DNA of 64,000 bases. Origin: Spirochaetia bacterium (GTDB taxonomy: Bacteria; Spirochaetota; Spirochaetia; SZUA-6; Bin103). Under the pieces are notes generated by a model. That model was not told where the DNA came from. It worked only from the letters and a program-made list of their open reading frames with translations, and made no database searches. The DNA lies in the NCBI GenBank assembly GCA_965203905.1, contig CBDBDQ010000005.1, positions 6,528,001 through 6,592,000 on the forward strand. The letters are read 5' to 3'. Below are positions 28,568 to 39,404 of the stretch, in pieces (within the stretch, counting starts at the first letter, position 1; the number at the start of each line of letters is the position of its first letter). The position numbers and the translations under genes were made by a program.

Positions 28568-30384
28568 CTACCGGTCCGACGATGACGATTCGCTCGCCGC
28601 ATCGCCGTCTGCGGCGCGGCGGACGTACGGCTCGGTTGCAAGCGGGCCACGTTCGCGCTTGCGGCGCTCCCTTAGCGCGGCGGTGCCGGCCGGATCGACC
28701 CGGCCATCCGCCGCCAGCACCACGCCGTAAGCGGCACGCGCATGGGCGGCGCTGATCTTGCCCTGGGCCGCGTCTTCACGCACCGCCTCGGGGTCGCGTT
28801 CCAGCGGGTCGCCGTAGCCGCCGCCCGGTTGCACCAGCCGGTACACCTCGCCGCGATCGAGGGTGCGCAGGAACTTGCCCGGCAGCCGTTCGCCGCCGGC
28901 GCCGCGGTCGGGGTTGAGCAGGTTGGCGCCGGCGGTCGCGGGCGAGCCGCCACGTGCCCCAGGGCAGGAACCGGGCGCGGTCGAGCGCACCTGCAGGGTG
29001 GCCTCGTCGTGGGTGAGCTGGTACTCGCGCTCCAGCCCCAGGCCGCCGCGGAAGCGGCCCGGGCCGCCGGTGTCGGGCACGAAGCCGTAGCGGCGGATGA
29101 GCAGCGGCTACGCGGCTTCGATGGTCTCGATCGGGGTGTTGGCCATGTTGTGCACCGGCGCGGTCAGGCCGTCGGCTCCGTCGGCGTGCGGGCCGCCGCC
29201 GCGCGGCGCGTCATTGTTGAACTCCAGGAACACGAAGGCGCGGCCGTCCGGGTAGTAGCCGCCGAAGCTGACCCCGAACTCGCCGCCGCCCCATGCCGCC
29301 GGCACCCGGCCGGGCAGCGCCTGGGCCAGTGCCCCGAACACGGCCTGAGCGATGCGGAAGCCGCCCAGCCCGCGCGCGGCGACCGCCGCCGGATGCTGCG
29401 GGTTGACGAACCAGCCCGGCGGCGCATGCACGACGATCGGCCGGAAGAAGCCGGCGTTGGCGTCGATCGCGGGTCGGTGAGCGTCTTGAGCACCGCGTAC
29501 ACGGCGGAGGTGGTGTACGGCAGGTTGGGGTTGATGGAGCCGGTCGCCTGCGGCGAGGTGCCGGCGAAGTCGGCGCTGAACTGGTCGCCGGCGATGGTCA
29601 CCCGCACCCGGATCTCGATCGGCTCCGGGCGGATGCCGTCGCCGTCGATATAGTCGGAAAAACTCCAGGAGCCGTCCGGCAGGGCGGCGATCTCCGCCCG
29701 CGTGCGCCGCTCGGTGTGCTCGATGATGTCGTGCAGGTAGCAGTCGAGCCGGTCGCTGCCATGCTCGGCGACGAGCGCCAGCAGGTCCTGCTCGCCCTGC
29801 TCCAGCGCCGCCACCTGCGCCAGCAGGTCGCCGTGCACCAGCGCCGGCACGCGCACGTTGCTGCCGATGATCCGCCACACCGCGTCGTTGCGCTCGCCGC
29901 CGGCGATCAGCTTCAGCGGCGGCAGCCGCAGCCCCTCCTGGTAGATCTCGGTGTTGTCGCAGGCGTTGCCGCCGGCCACGCGGCCGCCGATGTCGGTGTG
30001 GTGCGCGATCACGCACAGCCAGGCGATGAGCGTGCGCTCGGCGAACACCGGCTTGAACAGGAAGATGTCGGGCAGGTGGCTGGCGCCCGAGTACGGATCG
30101 TTGCTGGCCAGGATGTCCCCCGGCTCCACGTCGCCGGCGAACTGGGCCAGGACGCCGTCCAGGGCCGGCTGCATGGCGCCCATGTGAAACGGCAGGGTCA
30201 GCCCCTGGGCCACCTGCTCGCCGGCGCCGTTGAACACGGCGGTGGAGAAGTCCATGCCGTCCTTGACCACGGCCGAGCGCGCCGTACGCACCACGGTCAC
30301 CGCCATGCTGTCGGCGGCCGCCACCAGCGAGCTGCGGATCACCTCGCGCGTGACCGGATCGCGACGCGCCGATCGGTCCGCCAT
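28568..30384 (-). pseudogene. Hydantoinase B/oxoprolinase, degenerate copy
   Basis: Near copy of 33811-35595, with a 1-nt loss at about 29471, CAG>TAG at 29108-29110 and further indels near 28950-28985. Confidence 0.9.
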
Positions 30385-32192
30385 CACCGCGTCTCCAGGA
30401 TCATGCAGCCGTGACCGGCCGCTGCCGCGCGCCAGCCGGGCGGCACCACGGTGGTCGAGTCGTACTCCTCGACGATCAGCGGACCGGCGCTGCCTCCGGT
30501 GTCCAGGACGCCACGCCCGACCACCGGCGTAAACAGCCAGCCGTGGCCGGGACCGAAGTAGACGCGGCGGTCTGCCGGCGGGCACGCCGACACCGTTGCG
30601 GCCGAGTCGCTGTCGGGTCCGGGCGCGGGCGGCGGGCATGCCGCTCCAGCGATGCGCGAGGCGTCGCCGTGGCGAGGGTCGGCTGGCGGGTGCGCGGGGC
30701 TCGTGGTGCGCGGGGCGTCGCCGTGGCCGGAATCGGCCGCCGGGCGACCCCGGTCCGTGACACCGCGTCCGATCACCCGCAGGCTCACGACCTGCACCGG
30801 CTCCTCGACGCTGTAGCCGTAGCTGCGCCGGTGCTCGCGCGTGAAGGCGGCCGCGATCGCCGGCAGCGCCGCGCTGCTGAACCGCTCGACCGTCAGGTCG
30901 ACGGTCAGCTCCGAGGTCTGGCCCTCGTACCTGGCATCGATCTGCGCCTGCAGCCGCTGCCGGGCGCCGGTGAATCCTTCGCGCGCCAGCAGCGCCCGGC
31001 ACTCGTCGCCGATGCGTTCCAGGATCGCGTTGGCGCGCTCCAGGTCGAGCGCCGCCAGGGGCTGGTTGAGGGTCTGCACGAAGTGGTGCTCGACCTCCGC
31101 GAACAGCAGTCCGAAGGCGCTGAACACGCCCGGCGACGGCGGCACGATCACCCGCCCGATGCCCAGGCTCGCCGCCAGCCCGGCCGCGTGCACCGGGCCG
31201 CTGCCGCCGAAGGCGAGCATGGCGAAGCGCCGCGGGTCGCGCCCGCGCTCGCTGGAGACCGCGCGCAGCGCTCTGCCCACCTGGCCGCCCTCCACGATCG
31301 ACGCCTTGGCGGTGGTGCCGCCCATGTCGAAGCTGATCAGGTCGGCCTGGCCCAGACGGGCGCCGATCTCGGCGGCACCGATCACGCCGGCGGCGGGCCC
31401 CGACTCGATGCAGCACATCGGCTTGCGCGCGGCCAGCTCGACCGGCATCAGGCCGCCGTTGGACTGCATCACGGTCACCGGCGCCTGCGTGCCGGCGCGG
31501 CGCAGCTCGGCTACCAGCCGCTCCAGGTAGCGCGCCACCACCGGCCGGACGTAGCCGTTGATGACGGTGGTGCTGGTGCGCTCGTACTCGCGCGCTTCCG
31601 GCAGCAGCTCGCACGACAGGCACACGTCGAGATCGGGCAGCGCGGCCCGGAGCGACGCGCCGATGCGCCGCTCATGGGCGGGATTGGCGTAGGAGTGCAG
31701 CAGGCAGACCGCCACCGAGGAGACACCCGCCTCCCGCACCGCCGCCACTGCCCGCTCCACGTCACCGGCGTCGAGCGGCACGAGCACGCGCCCGCGCGCA
31801 GCGACGCGCTCCCGCACCTCCAGGCGCAGGCGCCGCTCCACCAGCGGCGGCGGCTTGCGGTAGGCGAGGTCGTAGAGCCGCGGCACGCGCAGGCGGGCGA
31901 TCTCCAGCACGTCGCGGAACCCCTCGGTGGTGATCAGCGCCATCGCCGCGCCCTTCCCTTCCAGGATGGCGTTGGTGGCTACCGTGAAGCCGTGCACGAT
32001 CTCGGCCACGCCGGCGGCGGGCAGGTCCAGCTCGGCCAGTGCCTCCGCGAGACCGTGCAGCACGCCCCGGCCGTAGTCGTCCGGCGTGCTCGCCACCTTG
32101 ACCACCGCCGCCCTGCCGCCCTCGGTCAGGGCCACCACGCCGGTGAACGTGCCGCCGATGTCTACCCCGACCCGGCACCTGGTGCCGCTCAT
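30384..32192 (-). pseudogene. Hydantoinase A/oxoprolinase, degenerate copy with internal deletion
   Basis: Near copy of 35595-37700 but lacks 405 bp (equivalent to 36383-36787) and reads DIGGTFTG instead of DIGGTFTD. Confidence 0.88.
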
Positions 32193-32404
32193 TGCGCGCC
32201 GCGCTGCTGCAGCTCCGGCTGGAGTGGCGTTCGCGTCTCCCGCGAGCCAGGAGTGAGCTCAGGCGGTCCCGGGGTCGCAGTAGTGGGTCCGGTCCATTGG
32301 AATGTCGGAGAATCCGAAGTGGAAGATCGCCAGGTGCTGGCGTTACAAACCGAAGTGGATTTCGAGGCCGGTGCCGACCCTTGTCGCCGATACGCGCAGC
32401 CTGG

Positions 32405-33619
32405 CTAGGTGTTAGGCGACATCTCGCTTAACAACACCGACTCGACCACCGCCTTGCCGCTCTCGGCGACCTCCTGCGATGCACTCCTGTAGAAGCCCGA
32501 CCCGACGACGAAAGAGACCTGCCTGGTGCTTCCATCCGCCCTCTGGATTTGGTCGGAGAACATGCGGACATAGCCCACCTTTGGGATGTCGACGCTATCG
32601 CTGTCGTCCGTGGGATCATCAAAATGGTACTCCACGAAGCCGCCTTCCGGGCCGCTTTCCGCCGCCTCTATCAGCTGCGGCAGAATGAACTCTCCGGTCA
32701 CGGCGTCACGGGCGACCGGCACGAGAGGCTGTAACTCGTACGTGTCCGGGAACCCGGCGTGAAACAGGATTAGCTGGCTGGTCAAATTCCAGACATAGAG
32801 GTACACGGAACCGTGCCGCCACGGCCCGTTGCGATCGCGCATGGCGACCCTGGCCTTCGAGATAGCAGATGGATCACCGGTCCTCACAAGCTCCATGAAG
32901 TAGTTTCCCGCTTCCGTGACGAAGGCCTTCAGGGTCGCGCGGTCAACCACGTCCCCGGCCGTAACTGCCGGGTCGCCATAATCGATTTGTTCCGTAGCCA
33001 GGTGAGTTTCGTTGACATCGAATCCCGCGAGCAGAACTGCGGGAGTCCTGAAACTAAGCGAGGTATAGACGACCGCGTAGCCCGAAGCACCGGGCACACT
33101 TGGTATATCGAACGAGCCGCCGTTCCCGGCTTCGGCTGCAGCGAACGCAGCCCGGGCCGCGGGGCGGTCCGCCAGAACTTCAGGGTCGATTCCCAACGCT
33201 CCAAGGATCCCTCCGTAGATCGAGGGCTTGAGTAGCCTGCCCGACAAGGACATGTCCTTTGCGTGGACGTTCACCCTGCCGTCGGGCGTCAGGGTCACGA
33301 GATAGGTGGAACCGGAACGCCAGGGACTCTCGTCCCTTCTGATTAGACATCCGAGATATTGAGCTTGTCCAAGTGTGGTGAGAGCGGCTTGCTCTCGAAA
33401 GCGATCGCGCGATCTGAGCGCGAAGTCCATTAGGCTGCCGGTGCCGTTCTCCACCTGCTGCGCCGTCACAAGCGGGGGCTCGACAGGAGTCCCACCAGTG
33501 GGAAGCGGACACGCTGCAGGCAATTCCATCGGCTCCGCCTTCTTGGGAGTCGCTCCGGAGCACCCGGCAAGGGCGATTGCCACTAAGAACGCAGTAACGC
33601 GAAGTCGTGAAGTCTGCAT
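32405..33619 (-). CDS. Lipoprotein with Cache-like domains
   Basis: LAGC lipobox; two W(R)xGSxYL-type units and LKAFV...GGFVEYHFDDP...KVGY...VGSG single-Cache-like pattern. Confidence 0.65.
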   Translation of the reverse strand: MQTSRLRVTAFLVAIALAGCSGATPKKAEPMELPAACPLPTGGTPVEPPLVTAQQVENGTGSLMDFALRSRDRFREQAALTTLGQAQYLGCLIRRDESPWRSGSTYLVTLTPDGRVNVHAKDMSLSGRLLKPSIYGGILGALGIDPEVLADRPAARAAFAAAEAGNGGSFDIPSVPGASGYAVVYTSLSFRTPAVLLAGFDVNETHLATEQIDYGDPAVTAGDVVDRATLKAFVTEAGNYFMELVRTGDPSAISKARVAMRDRNGPWRHGSVYLYVWNLTSQLILFHAGFPDTYELQPLVPVARDAVTGEFILPQLIEAAESGPEGGFVEYHFDDPTDDSDSVDIPKVGYVRMFSDQIQRADGSTRQVSFVVGSGFYRSASQEVAESGKAVVESVLLSEMSPNT

Positions 33620-33810
33620 GCCGCAGATTATTAACCACACTGTTCAGACCATGCAAGCTTCCCAAGCAAGCTCAGGTGGCGTGCGCGATGCTGCGAGGTC
33701 GAACGCCGTACGATCCCGAGCACCGGGATGGACGCACGCCGAGCAACTTGCCCGCCTGCAGGCCCTGGCTGATAGGACCTCCCCGGAACGCGAGGCGCAG
33801 TCTTCAGATG

Positions 33811-35595
33811 TTATTGAGCGCGGCGTACCCGCGGCTCGGTGGCAAGCGGGCCGCGGTCGCGCTTGAGGCGCTCTCGCAGCGCGCCGGTGGCAGGTTCGTC
33901 CACCCGGCCGCTCGGTGCCAGCACCACGCCGTAGGCGGCGCCCGCGTGGGCGGCGCTGATCTTGCCCTGCGCCACGTCCTCCCGCACCGCCTCCGGATCG
34001 CGCTCGAGCGGATCGCCGTAGCCGCCGCCACCCGGCTGCACCAGCCGGTACACCTCGCCATGCTCCATGGTGCGCAGGAACTTGCCCGGCAGGCGTTCGC
34101 CGCCGTCGCCACGGTGCGGGTTGAGCAGGTTGGCGCCGGCAGTCCCGGACGAGCCGCCCTGCGTGCCCCAGGGCAGGAACCGTGCGCGGTCGGAGCGCAC
34201 CTGCAGGGTGGCCTCGTCGTGGGTGAGCTGGTACTCGCGCTCCAGCCCCAGGCCGCCGCGGAAGCGGCCCGGGCCGCCCGTGTCGGGCACGAAACCGTAG
34301 CGCCGGATGAGCAATGGCTGCGCGGCCTCGATGGTCTCGATGGGGGTGTTGGCCATGTTGTGCACCGGTGCGGTCAGGCCGTCGGCTCCGTCGGCGTGCG
34401 GTCCGCCGCCGCGCGGCCCGTCGTTGTTGAACTCCAGGAACACGAAGGCGCGGCCATCGGGGTAGTAGCCGCCGAAGCTGACCCCGAACTCGCCGCCGCC
34501 CCATGCCGCCGGCACCCGCTCGGGCAGGGCCTTGGCCAACGCCCCGAACACGGCCTGCGCGATGCGGAAGCCGCCCAGCCCACGCGCGGCGACCGCGGCC
34601 GGATGCTGCGGATTGACGAAGCAGCCCGGCGGCGCATGCACCGCGATCGGCCGGAAGAAGCCGGCGTTGGCGTCGATCGCGGGGTCGGTGAGCGTCTTGA
34701 GCACCGCGTACACGGCCGAGGTGGTGTACGGCAGGTTGGGGTTGATGGAGCCGATGGCCTGCGGCGAGGTGCCGGCGAAGTCGGCGCTGAACTGGTCGCC
34801 GGCGATGGTCACCCGCACCCGGATCTCGATCGGCTCCGGGCGGATGCCGTCGCCGTCGATATAGTCGGAAAAACTCCAGGAGCCGTCCGGCAGGGCGGCG
34901 ATCTCCGCCCGCGTGCGCCGCTCGGTGTGCTCGATGATATCGTGCAGGTAGCCGTCGAGCCGGTCGCTGCCATGCTCGGCTACGAGCGCCAGCAGGTCCT
35001 GCTCGCCCTGCTCCAGCGCCGCCACCTGTGCCAGCAGGTCGCCGTGCACCAGCGCCGGCACGCGCACGTTGCTGCCAATGATGCGCCACACCGCGTCGTT
35101 GCGCTGCCCGGCGGCGATGAGCTTCAGCGGCGGCAGCCGCAGCCCCTCCTGGTAGATCTCGGTGTTGTCACAGGCGTTGCCGCCGGCCACGCGGCCGCCG
35201 ATGTCGGTGTGGTGCGCGATCACGCACAGCCAGGCGATGAGCGTGCGCTCGGCGAACACCGGCTTGAACAGGAAGATGTCGGGCAGGTGGCTGGCACCCG
35301 AGTAGGGGTCGTTGCTGGCCAGGATGTCCCCCGGCTCCACGTCGCCGGCGAACTGGGCCAGGACGCCGTCCAGGGCCGGCTGCATGGCGCCCATGTGAAA
35401 CGGCAGAGTCAGCCCCTGGGCCACCTGCTCGCCGCCGGCGTTGAACACCGCGGTGGAAAAGTCCATGCCGTCCTTGACCACCGCCGAGCGCGCCGTACGC
35501 ACCACGGTCACCGCCATGCTGTCGGCGGCGGCCACCAGCGAGCTGCGGATCACCTCGCGCGTGACCGGATCGCGGCCCGCCGGCCGGTGCGCCAT
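33811..35595 (-). CDS. Hydantoinase B/oxoprolinase family protein
   Basis: DFSTA, NDPYSGASHLPD, HHTDIGG, EIYQEG, NTPIE and GGGGYGDP motifs. Confidence 0.93.
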   Translation of the reverse strand: MAHRPAGRDPVTREVIRSSLVAAADSMAVTVVRTARSAVVKDGMDFSTAVFNAGGEQVAQGLTLPFHMGAMQPALDGVLAQFAGDVEPGDILASNDPYSGASHLPDIFLFKPVFAERTLIAWLCVIAHHTDIGGRVAGGNACDNTEIYQEGLRLPPLKLIAAGQRNDAVWRIIGSNVRVPALVHGDLLAQVAALEQGEQDLLALVAEHGSDRLDGYLHDIIEHTERRTRAEIAALPDGSWSFSDYIDGDGIRPEPIEIRVRVTIAGDQFSADFAGTSPQAIGSINPNLPYTTSAVYAVLKTLTDPAIDANAGFFRPIAVHAPPGCFVNPQHPAAVAARGLGGFRIAQAVFGALAKALPERVPAAWGGGEFGVSFGGYYPDGRAFVFLEFNNDGPRGGGPHADGADGLTAPVHNMANTPIETIEAAQPLLIRRYGFVPDTGGPGRFRGGLGLEREYQLTHDEATLQVRSDRARFLPWGTQGGSSGTAGANLLNPHRGDGGERLPGKFLRTMEHGEVYRLVQPGGGGYGDPLERDPEAVREDVAQGKISAAHAGAAYGVVLAPSGRVDEPATGALRERLKRDRGPLATEPRVRRAQ

Positions 35596-37700
35596 CACTC
35601 TGCCTCCAGGGCCATGCAGCCATGCGCGGCCGCGGCCGCGCCCCAGCCGGGCGGCACCACCGTGGTCGAGTCGTATTCCTCGACGATCAGCGGACCGGCG
35701 CTTCCGCCGGCACCCAGGGCGGCACGCCCGACCACCGGCGTGGACAGCCAGCCGTGGCCGGGACCGAAGTAGACGCGGCGCTCTCCCGGCGGGTACGCCG
35801 GTGACGCGGGCGGAGCTACGCCGGGGCCGCCCGCTCTGGCCGCCGAGCGATCCCGGTGGCTGATGCCGCGCCCGATCACCCGCAGGCTCGCGACCTGCAC
35901 CGGCTCCTCGACGCTGTAGCCGTAGCTGCGCCGGTGCTCGCGCGCGAACGCGGCCTCGATCGCCGGCAGCGCCGCGCTGCTGAACCGCTCGACCGGCAGG
36001 TCGACGGTCAGCTCCGAGGTCTGGCCCTCGTACTTGGCATCGACCTGGATCTGCAGCCGCTGCCGGGCGCCCACGAATCCTTCGCGTGCGAGCAGCAACC
36101 GGCACTCGCCGCCGATGCGGTCCAGGATGGCATTAGCCTGCTCGACGTCGAGCGCCGCCAGCGGCTGGTTGAGGGTCTGCACGAAGTGGTGCTCGACCTC
36201 CGCGAACAGCAGCCCGAAGGCGCTGAACACCCCTGGCGACGGCGGCACGATCACGTGCCCGATGCCCAGGCTCGCCGCCAGCCCGGCCGCGTGCACCGGG
36301 CCGCTGCCGCCGAAGGCGATCATCGCAAAGCGCCGCGGGTCGCGTCCGCGTTCGCTGGAGACCGCGCGCAGCGCGCCGCCCATCTTCACGTTGGCGAGGG
36401 TGTGCACGCCCCAGGCCGCCTCGGTTTCCGTGAGACCGGCCGGGGCCGCCAGCCGCTCGCGCAGTGCCGCGCGCGCCCGGCCCGCATCGATCGGGAAGCT
36501 GCCGCCGAGCAGGTGTTCCGGATTGAGGAAGCCCAGTGCCACGTCGGCGTCGGAGACGGTCGGCTCGGTGCCGCCGGCGCCGTAGCAGACCGGTCCGGGC
36601 ACCGCGCCGGCGGAACGGGGTCCGATCTGCAGGCCGCCCGCGCGGTCCGCCCAGGCGATGCTGCCGCCGCCCGCGGACACCTCGGCGATGTCGATGGTCG
36701 GCACCCGCAGCACGTAGCCGGCGCCGCGCAGCAGGCGATGTCCGGCGTTCATGGCGCCGCCGACCTCGCACTCGGGCGCCAGCAGCACCTGGCCGCCCTC
36801 CACGATCGACGCCTTGGCGGTGGTGCCGCCCATGTCGAAGCTGATCAGGTCGGCCTGGCCCAGACGGGCGCCGATCTCGGCGGCGCCGATCACACCGGCG
36901 GCGGGCCCCGACTCGATGCAGTACATCGGCTTGCGCGCGGCCAGCTCCACCGGCATCAGCCCACCGTTGGACTGCATCACCGTCACTGGCGCCTCCGTGC
37001 CGGCGCGGCGCAGCTCGGCTACCAGCCGCTCCAGGTAGCGCGCCACCACCGGCCGGACGTAGCCGTTGATGACGGTGGTGCTGGTGCGCTCGTACTCGCG
37101 CGCTTCCGGCAGCAGCTCGCACGACAGGGACACGTCGAGGTCGGGCAACGCCGCCCGGAGCGACGCGCCGATGCGCTGCTCATGCTCGGGATTGGCGTAG
37201 GAGTGCAGCAGGCAGACCGCCACCGAGGAGACGCCCGCCTCCCGCACCGCAGCCACCGCCCGCTCCACGTCACCGGCGTCGAGCGGCACGAGCACGCGCC
37301 CGCGCGCAGCGACGCGCTCCCGCACCTCCAGGCGCAGGCGCCGCTCCACCAGCGGCGGCGGCTTGCAGTAGGCGAGGTCGTAGAGCCGCGGCACGCGCAG
37401 CCGGGCGATCTCCAACACGTCGCGGAACCCTTCGGTGGTGATCAGCGCCATCGCCGCGCCCTTCCCTTCCAGGATGGCGTTGGTGGCTACCGTGAAGCCG
37501 TGCACGATCTCGGCCACGCCGGCGGCCGGCAGGTCCAGCTCGGCCAGTGCCTCCGCGAGACCGTGCAGCACGCCCCGGCCGTAGTCGTCCGGCGTGCTCG
37601 CCACCTTGACCACCGCCGCCCTGCCGCCCTCGGTCAGGGCCACCACGTCGGTGAACGTGCCGCCGATGTCTACCCCGACCCGGCACCTGGTGCCGCTCAC
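35595..37700 (-). CDS. Hydantoinase A/oxoprolinase family protein
   Basis: DIGGTFTD, SGPAAGV, DMGGTT, AGGGSIA and FGGSGP motifs; GTGA overlap with the sulfatase stop. Confidence 0.93.
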   Translation of the reverse strand: MSGTRCRVGVDIGGTFTDVVALTEGGRAAVVKVASTPDDYGRGVLHGLAEALAELDLPAAGVAEIVHGFTVATNAILEGKGAAMALITTEGFRDVLEIARLRVPRLYDLAYCKPPPLVERRLRLEVRERVAARGRVLVPLDAGDVERAVAAVREAGVSSVAVCLLHSYANPEHEQRIGASLRAALPDLDVSLSCELLPEAREYERTSTTVINGYVRPVVARYLERLVAELRRAGTEAPVTVMQSNGGLMPVELAARKPMYCIESGPAAGVIGAAEIGARLGQADLISFDMGGTTAKASIVEGGQVLLAPECEVGGAMNAGHRLLRGAGYVLRVPTIDIAEVSAGGGSIAWADRAGGLQIGPRSAGAVPGPVCYGAGGTEPTVSDADVALGFLNPEHLLGGSFPIDAGRARAALRERLAAPAGLTETEAAWGVHTLANVKMGGALRAVSSERGRDPRRFAMIAFGGSGPVHAAGLAASLGIGHVIVPPSPGVFSAFGLLFAEVEHHFVQTLNQPLAALDVEQANAILDRIGGECRLLLAREGFVGARQRLQIQVDAKYEGQTSELTVDLPVERFSSAALPAIEAAFAREHRRSYGYSVEEPVQVASLRVIGRGISHRDRSAARAGGPGVAPPASPAYPPGERRVYFGPGHGWLSTPVVGRAALGAGGSAGPLIVEEYDSTTVVPPGWGAAAAAHGCMALEAE

Positions 37701-39310
37701 CGCGCACCGCGCTGCTGCAACTCGTGCCACGGGAGCACGCCGCAGCGGCGCGCCCAATCGTCGTACCGCCGCGACAGCCGCGCCACTTCGTCGCCGCGGG
37801 CGGCGGCCAGGTCGTGCAGCTCGGTGCGGTCGCGCTGCATGTCGTACAGCTCCCAGGAGCCGGGATGCCGCGAGACCAGCTTCCAGCGGCCATCGCGCAC
37901 CGCGCGGTTGCCCTCGTGCTCGAAGAAGAGGGGGCGGTCGCGTGCCCACGCCCTCCCCGCCAGCAGCGACAGCAGGCTCTCGCCGTCCACCGGTGTCACC
38001 GGGCGCCCCTCGTGGCGCTCCGGCAACGGTACGCCGGCGGCTTCCAGCAGGGTCGGGAAGATGTCGATCACGTGCACCGGCTGGTGCACGATGCGCGCCC
38101 GCTCGATCACCCGCGGCCAGGACGCCACCAGCGACGTGGCGATGCCGCCCTCGTGCACCCAGTGCTTGAACAGCCGGAACGGCGTGTTGGATGCGTTGGC
38201 CCACGGCAGGTCGTAGCTTTGAAACGTGTCGTCGGGACCGGGTGCCACCGCCGGCGTGTTGCCGATGCGCATGGGGCGGCCGTCCGGCGTCGGGATGTCG
38301 TAGCGGAACGGCTCCGGGCTGCCGCTCTCCTCGGCCAGGAACTCCGCGCAGCCGCCGTTGTCGGACAGGAACAGCACCAGGGTGTCCTCCGCCACGCCGG
38401 CGCGTCGCAGCGCTGCCATGATGCGGCCGATGCCCCGGTCCATGCACTCGATCTGCGCGGCGTAGACCGCCATGCGCAGGTCCTCCCACGCCGGCTCGCG
38501 CGCCTCGCTCCAGGGCCGCGAGTCCGGGTCGCGCGGTGAGATCGGCCAGCGCCGGTCGAGCACGCCCATTCCCTTCAATTCCTCGTGCCGGGCACGGCGC
38601 AGCGCGTCCCAGCCGTCGCGGTAGCGGCCCTCGCAGCGGGCGATGTCATCCGGCAGCGCGTGCAGCGGCCAGTGCGGCGCCGTGTAGGCAACGTAGAGGA
38701 AGAACGGCGCCTGCCCGGCGGTCGCCTCCTCCACCATCGTCGCCGCGGAGTCGCTGATGGCGTCGGTGAGGTAGTAGGACTCCGCCTCGCCGGCGGCATC
38801 CATGAGCCGGTCGTCGCGTACCATGGAGGGCGGGTTGAAGTAGCTGCCGCCGCCGCCGAGCATGCCGTAGTGGGTGTCGAACCCGCGCTGCACCGGCAGC
38901 GGATGATCGGGCGTCCCCGGGCGCCAGGTCTCCGGACGGTTCGCCTGGTAGCCGCCACCGACGTGCCACTTGCCCGCCATCATGGTGCGGTAGCCGCCGC
39001 CCTTCAGCGCCTCGGCGATGGTGACGCAGTCGTCGCGCAGGTAGCCCTGGTACTCGCGGATCCCGTAGTCGCCCACCATGTGCCCTACCCCGGCCTGGTG
39101 CGGATAGAGCCCGGTAAGCAGCGCCGCGCGCGTCGGACAGCAGCGCGCGCAGTTGTAGGCCTGGGAGAACCGCAGCCCGGCTCCCGCCAGCGCATCCAGG
39201 TTCGGGGTAGCGATCTCCGACCCGTAGCAGCCGATGTCCGAGTAGCCCAGGTCATCCGCCAGGATCACCACGAAGTTGGGCCGCCGCCGGGTGTCTACGC
39301 CTTCCGTCAT
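37697..39310 (-). CDS. Arylsulfatase (Cys-type)
   Basis: ADDLGYSD, CCPTRAALLTG, GKWH, APHWPL and SDNG motifs. Confidence 0.93.
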   Translation of the reverse strand: MTEGVDTRRRPNFVVILADDLGYSDIGCYGSEIATPNLDALAGAGLRFSQAYNCARCCPTRAALLTGLYPHQAGVGHMVGDYGIREYQGYLRDDCVTIAEALKGGGYRTMMAGKWHVGGGYQANRPETWRPGTPDHPLPVQRGFDTHYGMLGGGGSYFNPPSMVRDDRLMDAAGEAESYYLTDAISDSAATMVEEATAGQAPFFLYVAYTAPHWPLHALPDDIARCEGRYRDGWDALRRARHEELKGMGVLDRRWPISPRDPDSRPWSEAREPAWEDLRMAVYAAQIECMDRGIGRIMAALRRAGVAEDTLVLFLSDNGGCAEFLAEESGSPEPFRYDIPTPDGRPMRIGNTPAVAPGPDDTFQSYDLPWANASNTPFRLFKHWVHEGGIATSLVASWPRVIERARIVHQPVHVIDIFPTLLEAAGVPLPERHEGRPVTPVDGESLLSLLAGRAWARDRPLFFEHEGNRAVRDGRWKLVSRHPGSWELYDMQRDRTELHDLAAARGDEVARLSRRYDDWARRCGVLPWHELQQRGAR

Positions 39311-39369
39311 GCCGGCAGCGTACGTTTCGTTCCACCGATGGACAAGCTCAACACATCCCGCTTCCCGCC

Positions 39370-39404
39370 TTGACGCCAAAATTAAACTAAACCAGACTAA
39401 GGTT
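39370..39404 (+). promoter_or_regulatory. Promoter of the phd-vapC operon
   Basis: TTGACG-17 nt-CAGACT-6 nt-ATG, with an AACC...GGTT inverted repeat around the -10. Confidence 0.55.
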
